64,000 bases of DNA from Utricularia gibba (Eukaryota; Plantae; Magnoliophyta), in NCBI GenBank assembly GCA_002189035.1, contig CM007989.1:5208001-5272000 (forward strand), in the 5' to 3' direction. The notes under the pieces are model-generated. The model searched no databases. It saw only the letters and a list, made by a program, of their open reading frames with translations, and was not told the origin of the DNA. How positions within the stretch are numbered: the first letter of the stretch is position 1; each line of letters opens with the position of its first letter. Below are positions 25,365-37,425 of the stretch, piece after piece. A program made the translations under genes and the position numbers.

Positions 25365-27965
25365 ACTTCAAGTCATCATGATGAGATTGGAAACAAATTT
25401 TTCCACTTGGAGAGTTCGACCACCATAAATCAAGAACAAATCATTAGTCATTCTCAAGTACTTAAGAATGCTCTAGAGTGTAGTCTTTTCCCCCGTTCTA
25501 GTGAATGACTAGTATATGCTTGTAACACTTAAAGCATATGACACATCTGGTTTAGTAAACAGCGTGGTATACATATTGACCCAATAGAAAAAGCATATGG
25601 GATTCGAGCCATCTAATCCGTATCTTCTTCTATTTTGAGGCACATTGCTTTTGAAAGTTCCTTACGTGTCATGGGCGATGAACCTCTCTTGGAATCAACC
25701 ATGTTAAAATTCGTTAACACTATATCAATATAGGTCGATTGTGATAATCAAATAGGTTTCTTTGATCTATCCCTATAGATATTGATGCCCAATATATAAG
25801 CTGCATCTCAAAGATCTTTCATTGAAAAGCTCTTGGATAACCAGATTTTTACTAATTGGATTGTTGAAACATCATTTCCCATTACTAATATGCCATCCAC
25901 ATATAGTATGATAAATATGGTTTTCAAGCCATCTACCTTTTTGTATACACAAGGTTCATCCTCACTTTGAGAGAAACCAAACTCTTTGATTGTCTCATAA
26001 AATTTGATGCTCCAACTTCTTGAAGCTTGCTTTAGCCCATAGATGGGTTTGTTCAATTTACACATTTTACTAGGATCTTTTGTGAAACCTTCAGGTTGTG
26101 TCATGTACACTTCCTCAGCCAAATTTCCATTTAGGAAAGCTGTTTTCACATCCATTTGCCATATCTCATACTCAAAATGAGCAGCAATGACAAGTAAAAT
26201 TCGAATGGACTTCAACATAGCAGCAGACGAGAAGGCTTCGTCATAATCAACACCTTGTTTTTGACGATACCCTTTTGCCACAAGTCATGCCTTATAGGTA
26301 GATATATTTCCATCCATGTCAGTTTTCCTTTTGAATAACATTTGCATCCAATAGGATTTACTCCATTGAAGCATTGATCAATGTCCATACATGGAATCCA
26401 TTTCTGCCACCGTGGCAACAAGCCAATTACTTGACTCAATACTATTGATTGCTTTGTCATAAGTCTGAGGTTTCTCATCTAATATGAGATCTCCCATGCC
26501 TTTGGGATCAACAATGAAACCATATCTCACGATAGGGTTACATTGTTGGACTGATCTTCTGAAAGAAATCGTGCTTGGTGCATTTGGCAAGTCAGATTGC
26601 TCAGGTTGATTGATTACTAGTATATTACCAACTTCTGGGACACAATTTCGAGATGGTGAGCCTAGATTACCTTTTGAGTCACCCATCGGCATCTCTATAG
26701 GTGCCATTAGCTCATTCTGAATCATATCTTCAAGTTCAAAACGACTCCCACTTGCTTCTATGAGGAGAAACTCTTTCTCTACAAAGACAGCATTCCTCGA
26801 GATGAAAACCTTTCCCTCTTGAGGATGGTAGAAGTAGTGTCTCATATTTTATTGTGGATATCTCAAAAAGAAACTCTTGTTAGATTTGTTCTTCAACTTA
26901 TTTGACTTCAACCTTCTTACATAGGCAGGGCATCCCCAAGCTTTGAGGTAGGAGAAACTCGGTTTTCTACAAGTCCAAATCTCATAAGGAGTGGTTTCAA
27001 CTTATTTCAATGGGGTCTTGTTCAAAACATGAGCCACTGCCTCTAAAGCATATCCCCACATGGACATTGGTAGTTCTGCAAAACTGATCATGGATCGAAC
27101 CATGTCAAGCAAAGTTCAATTTCTCCTTTCAGAAACACCATTGGGCTCAAGTGTATCAGAAGGAGTTCTTTCTTAGACAATACCATTGTATGTCAGATTG
27201 TTCTCGAATTCATTACTCAAGTATTCCTACCATGGTCCGATCAAGTCTCTTGATGGAACACTCAAGTTGGTTGTCGACCTTTATCCGAAATTCTTTAAAC
27301 TATTCAAAGGCTTCAAACTTGCATTCATCAAATAGATGCGTCCATATCTCAAATGGTCATCTGTAAAAGTGATGAAATATGAAAAACCTCCTGTAGCAGT
27401 GATTTTCATTGGACCACATACATCAGAATGTATTAAATTTAATAAATTTTCAGCTCTTTCTCCTAATTCAAAACATATATTCCGTTTATTATTGTAGCAG
27501 TACCATTATTTACGTTCCCACGTCGTATGACACAACAATTTTTCCTTATAGAAAACTCGAAACCAATTTTGTCCAAAAAAGAAATACAGATGATATTCTT
27601 AGATAATGGGGGATCATAATAAACAAAATGTAATTCAAGAGATAATCTAGAAGGTAGGGCGATGTGGCAAGTCCCAACTGCCATGGAAGCAACTCGTGCA
27701 CCATTCCCAACTCTAAGATCAACATCGCCTTTCTTTAAGATTCTACTAGTCATTAGGTCCTACATATTAGTGCAAAATGTGAGCACCACAACCAGAATCT
27801 AACAGCAAAGAACTATTCTTGGTTGTAGTGTTAATCTCAATCATGTGAATACTTGAAGCTGAATTCTCATTCTGCTTCTTGCCCTTGATTGACTTTAGGT
27901 AAGCTTTGTAGTTTCTCTTATAATGACCAGATTTCCCACAGTAAAAACATTCACCCTCAGCCGAT
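25365..27965 (-). pseudogene. pol: Angela-like copia pol (gag knuckle, protease, integrase, RT, start of RNaseH)
   Basis: CFYCGKSGHYKR at ~27940, [31 protein letters not shown]. Confidence 0.9.
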
Positions 27966-28267
27966 TTTCAAGATTTGTTCCTGCTGTTGCATCAATGTGC
28001 ATCCAAGGACATCCTCAGTTGCATCACCATAAGCGACCGAATCATCATCCATGAATGGTGGTGCAATAGACAGCGTTGTCGTGTTTAGCTCTGTGTTTGT
28101 GCATGTGTAAATTGTGGTCTAATCGCATAGTTCCATCACATCTCGATGACTCTGATCCTTAAATCGGTTTGAGGGCTTGCACCCATCAAGGACCACTCCC
28201 TGAAGTTGCTATAGGACCCAGCCAAGCAGGACGATTTCTGAAACTCTTGTGTACAATGCCACGGCGG
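27966..28267 (+). pseudogene. Unknown P/Q repeat: start of unit Q with ATG at 27995
   Basis: ATG TGC ATC CAA GGA aligns with ATG CGC ATC CAA GGA at 4374. Confidence 0.75.
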
Positions 28268-28925
28268 TGGTAAACGAAAATTTTGCAATGTCATGAAATG
28301 CAAATTTTTCCTATCAAATAAATTTATAACCTAACATATATTCAAGCGTAAAACAATTATGAGCATAGTGATTAGGGTCGAACACGAAAAGCAGGTGCTT
28401 GCTATGTGAAAGTCAATACATGAAATCAGTGTCACGTTGATAAAATTGGTTTTAACTAGGACTAATGTAGAACTACAACAGAATATAGTAAAGAAAAGTA
28501 ATAAGTTTTGGAGTTCAGTTGTTTTGGAATGAAATGGGTGATGCTTGGAATTTCTAGGGATGTATGCTTATCACTAAACATGCTCACACAAACCATAAAT
28601 CATACAACTAACTCACAAGGTCTAGGTCTACCCGCACTCTTGTTTTCCCCCTAATCTTTGGTCTACTTGTAATTATGGTTGTTAAGCTAGGTTTCATTCG
28701 AATAAAACTATTAGAAGGTAATTTAATCCCAACTAAGAAAAATAACGCAATCACGGTACTTATGCACAAAAATATAAAATTAGGTAGTAACATTAAATTT
28801 TTGTAGCACAATATGAATCTTTTCCATGTACTTAATCACTCAAAAATATGTGTTATCATTCAGCTGTCAACCAACTTTCGTTGCTCAATGCAATGTAAAC
28901 TTGGTCAATGCCAAGTACATGTTTT
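28268..28925 (-). mobile_element. Athila-like LTR, 3' portion, terminus at 28268
   Basis: TGGTAAACGAAAATTT resembles TGATAAACGGAAATTT at 14410; matches 1555-1950. Confidence 0.65.
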
Positions 28926-28934
28926 AAGCTCTAA

Positions 28935-29225
28935 AAAATGCCATCAAAGAGTCTTCTCATAGTGTATACGGTACCCCTTGATTTCGTCGCTTTGCTCCAG
29001 CACCAGTCTTTGGTTGATTGACTGCGAATGACCGTGCCGTCGTGTCTAGAAGTTTGGGTTTAGAATACCAATGCCTTTTATTCGAGATCATATGGATGTT
29101 TCAAGCTCAAACAAACTCCATCCATGACCCTAGTTAGTATATGGCATCAATTGCTTCCGTCTATTCGTTTAGTAATCAGTCTCTAGTTAATCGGTAGTGA
29201 AAAGACCGTGCACCATACTCCAATA
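28935..29225 (+). pseudogene. Two short, more degraded P/Q fragments (Q-type 28935-29060, P-type 29085-29225)
   Basis: Similarity to 3940-4070 and 5510-5650. Confidence 0.6.
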
Positions 29226-29839
29226 GAAAGAATGATCTAGATGCATATCTGCAATGAGAAACTCAAGTGGAAAACATAATCGGTTGTAATAACTACTCTA
29301 TAGACAAGAAGATAAGATGGGCTTCCATGGTATTCAGTGACTATGTAGTCATTTGGTGGGATCAATGGGTGAGTAAAAGAAGGAGTGACTATGAAGAACC
29401 AATTGGCATTTGGTCTGAGATGAAGATAATCATGAGGAAACATTTTTTCCAAGCCATTACCAAAGAGATATGTATCAAGAAATCAAAAATCTGAAACAAG
29501 GTTATCTATCAGTTGAGGAATATTGGAAACAAATGGAGATCTTGATGATTCAAGCCAATGTTCGTGAAGATAGAAAACGAACTATGACTAGGTTCCTTCA
29601 TGAAATGAATAAAGAGATTTCAAATTCTATGGAGCTCTAATATTACATTCAGATGGAGGACATGATTTATAGGATAATCAAAGTTGAGAAACAACTCTCA
29701 AACAAGAAATTTGCTCGAAATTTCAACAAGAAGGCTCCTAGTTCAAAATTTGGAGGCACAAATGAGATGCATGAGAGAACTAAATGGAAGTCATCGATGG
29801 AACACTCCAAATTCGACACCCATTAAGTTCCAAGCAAGG

Positions 29840-30443
29840 TGATGTGACCCTCTAATCTATAGAGATTAGCAACCCACAAACAAGAGTTGATTTTGAAGCT
29901 TACAAGAGAACCCACCCAAGTCTAGCCTCAAGAGAATAAATCTCTTGCAACCAGACTTCGAAACACAGAAAATTAGGAGCCACACTTCAGAAAAAGAGAG
30001 ATTGATTGGAAGTGATAATCCTAGAACGCCACAAGCTCAAAGCATGATAAGTTAAGAGTGTTCAAGCACTCAAAGGAGAGGAGAATCCTCACAAGATACA
30101 TAAAATGACCAAAGATCCTGAAATAGTACATCTCTAGAGTATTTATACTCTAGAATTGGGCTCTAATATTACATAGCCCAAAAAAATGAAATAGAAAAGT
30201 CTAACAAGCCCAATGCTCTAAGTTAAGTCCATCTTCAAGTAGTTGAGCTCTTTTGATGGGATGTTTTCAAGCCCATGTTTGATTCCAATGGTATTGAGTA
30301 GACCCTTAAGTGTATCTTCAACCATCTTTGTCTTGCTCCTAGTCATTGGTCCTGGTGGAATCATCTTTCTTTCTAATTTGTTCACTTGAACAAACTCCTC
30401 ATCACTCTTCAAATACACTTCATTATCTTCCTGGGGCTCATCA
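29840..30443 (-). mobile_element. CRM solo LTR (604 bp) with 5-bp TSD CAAGG
   Basis: TGATG...CATCA termini; CAAGG at 29835-29839 and 30444-30448; encodes PPGPMTRSK (CR motif) on minus. Confidence 0.92.
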
Positions 30444-32265
30444 CAAGGGGAGCGAAAAACACCTCCAAAGCGCACTACAAGGAATATAAAATGTTTCAAA
30501 TAGTTCGGAAATGGACATATTGCTTTTGAATGTCCAAACGAAAGAGCAATGATGTTGCGAGACAATGCAGAAGTGATTAGTGAAGATGATGATGATCTTG
30601 TGGAGGCAAAATTGAGTGATAAGGATGAAATGCCTGTTTCAGAAGAAGTGTTAGTCAATTGAAGGACATTTAATATTGGAGTTAGGGATAATGATGAGCA
30701 AAGAGAAAACTTGTTCAAAACACATTTCTTTGTGAATTTCAAGGTTTGTAACTTGATCATTGTGTTGGTATACGTGTTCTAAAGACAATCAACTCATTGG
30801 AAAATCTTATCTTATGATATTTACTTTGAATTGTGATCAAATTTATATCATTGATAAAATCCTCTACTTGATCTATATGCTATAGAAATTATGATGAGAT
30901 CATAATATGAGATTATTCAAGTACTCATGATGAAGTTAAAACTCTCTGCCTAGAGTATTTGTGAAATGAGAATATCACAAATACGGATATCACAAAGACG
31001 GATAACCTGACACACATTGAGTTCCCTAAACAATTTAGCCAATAGTTCTCACAATTGATGTAATGAGATTACTAGAACCTATGTGTCGGTGTCGATTAGA
31101 GAATCGATTCACTGGATGACTCATATTCGAGATACTACTATGGGAAGCTAAGCAAGTGTCAGTAGCAAGATCTCGAATATTGCAGCCGTGCAAGTAAGCT
31201 TAGACTTAGGTCAACAAAGTTATCTTGATCTTAACCTCACATTTTTTATCATTACTAATGGGAGCCTACTCATGGCTTGTCTAGTATGGATGAGTAGGGA
31301 TGTGACTCTTTAAGGTTGGAGATAGTTGATTGATCAATAAATGATTCATCACTCATGTTAGCAATGAGATCATATCTCAAGTAATTGCATCAAAGCCTAA
31401 CAGTAAGTCCTGAACCCAGGGTAATGACACTCGAATTGTTTGAGTAGGTCATTGAATGTTAGTGCTTGAATACAATTCTAAGTTCGATACATCAGAAAGA
31501 AACACACCCATGTTCTAGTATCGAATGAGATATAAGTATGATGAAAGCTATTCACTGCATGGTGGCTGGTCATGGAAAGGCTCAATAAGTTCACCTGATT
31601 ATTCTTACATCTTGGGGATCATGATATGTTGCTAGATATCACTCATGATCGATAATAATGGATTTGATTAATTAAGAGTTAATTAATAAATCCATTATTA
31701 CGCTCTTGATTGAAGAAGGCTATAGGGTCACACACAATAGTGGAGTCACTCAACGATATAAAATAGAATGATACAATTACATGAGATGTAATTGGTAAAG
31801 TGGATAAATTAAATTGAGAGTTATTTTGAGATTAATATTGATTAAACTCAAAATAAAAGATCATATATAGATAAGATTTGGAACATATACATATCTCCAC
31901 AAGATAAGATCTTTACGAAGATATAATTGATATGTTAGCATATATCTATTAAAAGATTTAGATCTTGAGATCTACTCCAAAAGGTCTTCGTGGTCTCTTA
32001 GACTGATCTACAAGGGGCATTTTTCTTTACTAGCACTTGAGTAATTCGACCAGCATTCAAACGCCTTGAGAAGGTTATCGACGAAGTGCTCCACGTGTGG
32101 ATACCAAAGAGGCCGTCTCTTATTGGCGGTTGGTGAACAACGGAGTCATCTGAAAGTTATTTCAGCATCCCTTAGTTTGATGTATACCGTATTCCAAGAT
32201 CTCTTCACTGCCCATCAAATTCCGCTACTTTTGAGACATACGATGTTTACGAGAAACCCAGCAGT

Positions 32266-34200
32266 CTCTTCACTGCCCAACAAATAGAGACTGATTGTGT
32301 AACGAATAGACTGAAGCAACCCAACAGTCTCTTCTGTTGAGAAGTGCACGATGTATATAGAATCTCCCAAGCTGAGGGACATATTCAGGGTAAAGAATCA
32401 AACATGGTGCCGCGAAGGTGACCCTTCCATCGAAAAGGAAACTCCATTGCCTTCGTAGGGGCTACCCTTGTTGCTGATTCCGTTAGTAGGACGAAGAAGG
32501 AAATGGAAACTCCTTTGTTAGGGAAAGGGCATCAGTATTCTAGACCCGAAATTCTGCAGACGACGGCATGGTCATCCGTAGCCAATCAACCAGACACTGA
32601 CGGTGGAGCCTAACGACGGAAGGAAGTGGTGCGGGATACGCCATGAGACTCTTTGATGGCATTTGTTAGACCTTCGAACATGTAGTTGACGTCGAGCGAG
32701 TTTTCATGGCACGCACCATCGTTCTCGAATGAGCATTTATTTGTCCCAACAGAACCTCCGTCTTGTAGTCAGCATAGAACTCGTTGACACTAAAACGTAA
32801 TTGGCGGTATCTACTCGGCAGCAGCGGATTCCACAAGGTGAACATGTGGATGATGCACAATAACGCACGCAACACATGAAGAAGAACCCGTGAGTAGTTT
32901 GTCCGGCATGCAGATACGAGCATTCGATTTCGACGTGCGAGACCACAAACCAGCTCAAGGACAGACTTACGAAGGGCTTTTCATGAATGATAAACGCATC
33001 CACGCTGGCACCCTGATGCATGGGATGATTACAGATGAAGGTGTAAATAAAAAGTTGTCAGGCATGAAAGCGAAACACTATCCAATGAGTGTCGTCCGAC
33101 ACAATCCATGTCGTGGTCTGTATCCGACAGTTTCTAGAAAACAACTAGTGGGGAACGAGTCCACCACAGTTTCCTTGATGAGAGATTTGGAGATGTGGAA
33201 TGGAGGGACGTGTAGTTTTTAGCAAATGCACCTCGAGCCACCATCCAATTGGCTGCCTCGTGATGCACATTGAGGTTTTATCGAACTGAAGAGGATGTGC
33301 GTTCAGTATGGCTCGTTGCATGCATGCAGCCGCCGTGGCATTACACAAGAGTTTCGCAAATCGTCCTGCTTGGCTGGGTCCTAGAGCAACTTCAGGGAGC
33401 GGTCCTTGATGGTTGCATGCCCTCCAACGGATTTGAAGATCAGAGTGGTGGAGATGTGACGGAAATACGCCACTAGAACACAGTTTGCATATGCACAAAC
33501 GGAGCCAAACACTATAAGGTTGTCTATTACATCACCATTCATGGATGACGATTCGGTCGCTTAAGATGATGCAAATGAGGACGTCCTTGGATGCACACTG
33601 GAAATCCCGTGACTATAATACTCTTGTAGCAGTGCATGCGAAACACAACCTGGTGCTACCCGCGGATTTCTCGGCCTTGAAACCTTGGAGGTACAATTCT
33701 TGTGTTTCGAAGTGCACAGTGCATTCGGGATATCGCAAACTGAGATACATACACGTTAAGAGAAAAAATCCAACATGGCGCAGCGGAGGCAACTTTTCCA
33801 CTGAAACGAGAATCTCCTTCACATCCACCATCCCTTTCTCTGGCCTACCCTTGTTGCTGATGCCGTAAGTAGGACGAATAAGCATATGGTAACTACATTG
33901 CAACTTGGAAAGCATTGGTGTTCGAAATTCAAGCTAGTGGATTACGGGGCACGGTCTCCACTGCCCATCAAATAGAAACTGATTGTGTAACGAATAGACC
34001 GAAGCAACCGGTGCCATACACTAAGTAGGGTCGTAGATAGAGTTTGTCGGAGCTTGGAACATTCACATGGTCTCGATCGAGTTTTCTCTCTTCCATCGTA
34101 ATCAAATGAGCATGGATACGACCCTGCCACTTCCTCTTTATGGCAGCCCTGGAGAAACTCATTCATACTAGAATAAAATTGCTAGTAACTACTTTACGGC
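32266..34200 (-). pseudogene. Unknown P/Q repeat: C-terminal part of P followed by most of Q
   Basis: ORFs 33613-33915, 32737-33021 and 32666-32923 align with 5669-5869, 5185-5385 and 3900-3945. Confidence 0.78.
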
Positions 34201-34204
34201 AGCC

Positions 34205-37200
34205 CGAAATCAGTAGGCTTTAAGTTTCAAGACTGGTTTTTCACTTTCATAGGGATAGAACAATCTGAAATCAGTAGATGATTTTATGTACATGAAAGCT
34301 CTTTTCACAGCTTCCTTGAGTTGTTGTTGGTTTGTTGAGGAAGCGAGATATGACATTTACACAAACACACAAGTGAGGCCTTGTATGTTAGAGATAAATG
34401 AGGCTTCCAATTATACTTCTATAAGTAGTGGCATCCACATTATTTCGCTGATTGTTCTCTCCAATCACCTGTTTGTAATCCAAAGGCGTTTTTGAAGGAT
34501 TGACATCTTAGAACCTAAACCTTTCAAGAAGTTCATTACAGTAATTTTTCTGAGATATGAATGTTCCAATACCTTTAAGTTGATGAATTTCCATGCCTAG
34601 ATAGTAGAACATCATTCCAAGGTCAGTCATCTTGAATTCATTTTTTAGCACAGCTTTGAAATACTCAATCTTCCTTTCATTACCTGAGGTAATCATAAGA
34701 TCATCCATATATAAGCTAATAAATAAACAATCATCTTCTTTTCCTTTAACATATAGTGAGTAATCACTATATGTTTTTCTGAAACCAATACCTTGGAGAA
34801 AGTTACCCATGCGTTCATTCCATGCGCTAGGAGCGTGCTTCAACCCATAGAGAGATTTCTTTAGCTTCAATACCTTGTCTTCATGACCTGACACTTCGAA
34901 GCCTTTTGGTTGTTAAACAAAAACAACCTCCTTCAGCACACCATTCAAGAACGCAGTCTTGACATCCATGGATGCACATTCCATCCATGAGCACCTGAAA
35001 TGTCAAGAAGTACTTTAATCGTGTCAAATCTTGCTACTGGTGCAAAAATCTCATAAAAATTTATTCCTTTGATCTGACTATATCCCTTGGTTACTAATCT
35101 AGCCTTATATTTGTTGATAGAGCCATCTGCATTCATCTTGGTTTTGAATAACCACTATCCTTGGATTTATCAACTAACTCCCATGTTTCATTTTCAAGTA
35201 TAGAATTTATTTCTTCCTTCATGGCCTCCCTCCATTTCGGATTTTGTACAGCCATTTTAAATGATGTTGGATCTCCTGTCAATAATCCATCCAAAATATC
35301 AGCTACAGCATCTTCGACATTATCATTCAACTTGGAGAAACTTATTGTACGGCCTTGTTTCTGTTGCTTCTTCTAATGTCAGTAACATGTATATCTTCAT
35401 TATCTATTGAATCTCTGATGTTTTTGCGTTTCCTCCTTTGCCAATCACGATCAGATGGATAATAATCTTTATCATCAGTATCAGGTTCCTCTCCATCAGA
35501 TTCATCTGTTGATGACTCTTCTGCATTCGTGACTTGCTCCTCTTCTGGGATTTCGATATTCCCATCTGAATGTTTATCATTAGCATGATGAGATTGTACA
35601 TATAGGGGTTCAGAGTTTGATTCTGAATTCTAATTGGATGAGCCATCTTAAATTGTGACCTTCTCCTCCTCTGGAGCTGGAAAATTCTCATTTGAATGCT
35701 GATCATTTACTTGATTTGAATCTTCATAAACGAGTTCTGAAGTTTCTTGGTGTGTTGAATTCCTGGAAGAAAAGTTTTGAGGCATGTGTGTCCAGAGGTA
35801 TCCTTTCACATGGCTATGCCTTCCACGACTTTTATGAGCTTCTGCATCATTCAAAGAAATGCAATCATCAATTAAAGTATACCTTGCACCTTCATCCAAA
35901 GTGACATCATGGGTGAAGATAAATTTTTTCTGTTGAGGTAAATAAACTTTATATCCCTTGATAGTGTTGGTATAACCAACAAATACATCAGATACAGATT
36001 TCTTATCATGTTTTTCTCGTTTTTGGTCTGGTACATGAGTAAAACACAAACTACCAAAGATTCTGAGATGATCAACCTTTTTAATATAATCATGCCATTT
36101 TTCATGGGCGGTTTTTCCACTAATCGCCCTTGAGGGAAGCAAGTTCAATATAGATGTAGATATCGCTTCAATCCAAAAATTCACAGGAAGATCTTTCTCA
36201 AACAATAGCCATCTTGACATATCAAAGATTGTTCTGTTTCTCCTTTCACATATACTATTCTGTTGTGCAGAATATGGTACGGTGAATTGATACATGATTC
36301 CCTCATTTCCACATAACATTCTCATGCTATTATTGTAGAATTCGCCTCCATTGTCTGATCTAATTATCTTCAAAGAGCATCCACTCTAATTCTCAATCAT
36401 CACTTTGAATTTTCGAAAGATATGAGGAACTTCTCACTTGCTTTTAAGAAAGTAAACCCAACAATAACGTGAATAATCATCAATGAATGTAACAAAATAT
36501 CTACTCCACCCTAATGAACATTCCTTAAATGGTCCACAAACATCTGTATGCACAAGCTCTAATTTCTCCTTTGCCACTGAATCACTGGAATAAAAGGGTT
36601 TTTTACACTGTTTACCTTGATGGCACACTTCACATATGGCATTAGCAAACTTGATGTCTTTCAATTCCAGTACTTCCTTATTCTTTTTCAATATTTTCAG
36701 ATTGTTGAAGCTAAAGTGCCCGAAACGTTTGTGCCAAAAGCTACTTTGATCCTGAAGTGAGAAAATACAACTTTTATGATCACTGACCATGGTAAAGGTT
36801 GTAGGTGGTCAACACAGCATGAAATTCAATCTTCGTTTTTTGATCAGCAACCTTAACTTTAGTGGTTATACCACCAGCATCCTTTATCAGCTCATTATCA
36901 AAACCTTGCCTGCTCAATTGGCCAAAGCTCAGCAAGTTCTGTTTGAGGTTTGATGAATAATAAACATCATCAATTTGAACAATTCCTTCTTTTAGCAAGA
37001 GTAAAATGCTTCCTTTGCCCACAATGCCAATATTTTCACCAGTGCACGTGCTTACCTCGTTCCCAATCTTTTCAAGCTTGAGAAATGACCTTGTATCACA
37101 ACATACATGATAGGAGGCACCAGAGTCCAAGTAACAGCCTTCTTCTTATACAAGTAACATACTTGTATCACAAGTATGTATCACAACATACTCAAAAGGA

Positions 37201-37425
37201 TCTTCAAAAGATATTTCTGGCTCATCTTCAAAGTAGGTAAAGGATGTATGTGATTTCTCTTCCCTCGAAGTAGCCTTCTTGTTATGCTCAACTTTTATTG
37301 GATTTGACATTCCACATACCTTGTCAAGATGGCCTCTTTGATTGCATTTCGTGCACAAAGCATCAGGCTTCCACCAACAAAACTCACTCCTATGATTTTG
37401 TTTGTTACAACGCTTGCAAGCATTT
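34205..37425 (-). mobile_element. Second copy of the Ivana-like copia, without LTRs (gag knuckle to RT), retaining protease and GAG-pre-integrase
   Basis: High nucleotide similarity to 16620-19140; DSGASYHVC, WHKRFGH, LELVHTDVCGP. Confidence 0.9.

Noticed and set aside
30218-30760. 180-aa minus-strand ORF
   Set aside because: Chimeric read-through from antisense CRM gag across the solo-LTR boundary; only the GPMTRSK part is meaningful.
32890-33222. Protein-like antisense ORF (FDFDVRDH...) suggesting that P/Q is coded on the other strand
   Set aside because: This block alone is strand-ambiguous, but other blocks have stops on that strand shared by both paralogs and the paralog is closed in this frame. 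Treated as a shadow ORF.
32266-34200. Geminivirus/nanovirus, rhabdovirus or RdRp origin of P/Q
   Set aside because: I found no Rep motifs, TAATATTAC stem-loop, GDD context or poly(A/T) gene-junction signal. A viral origin remains only a general hypothesis.
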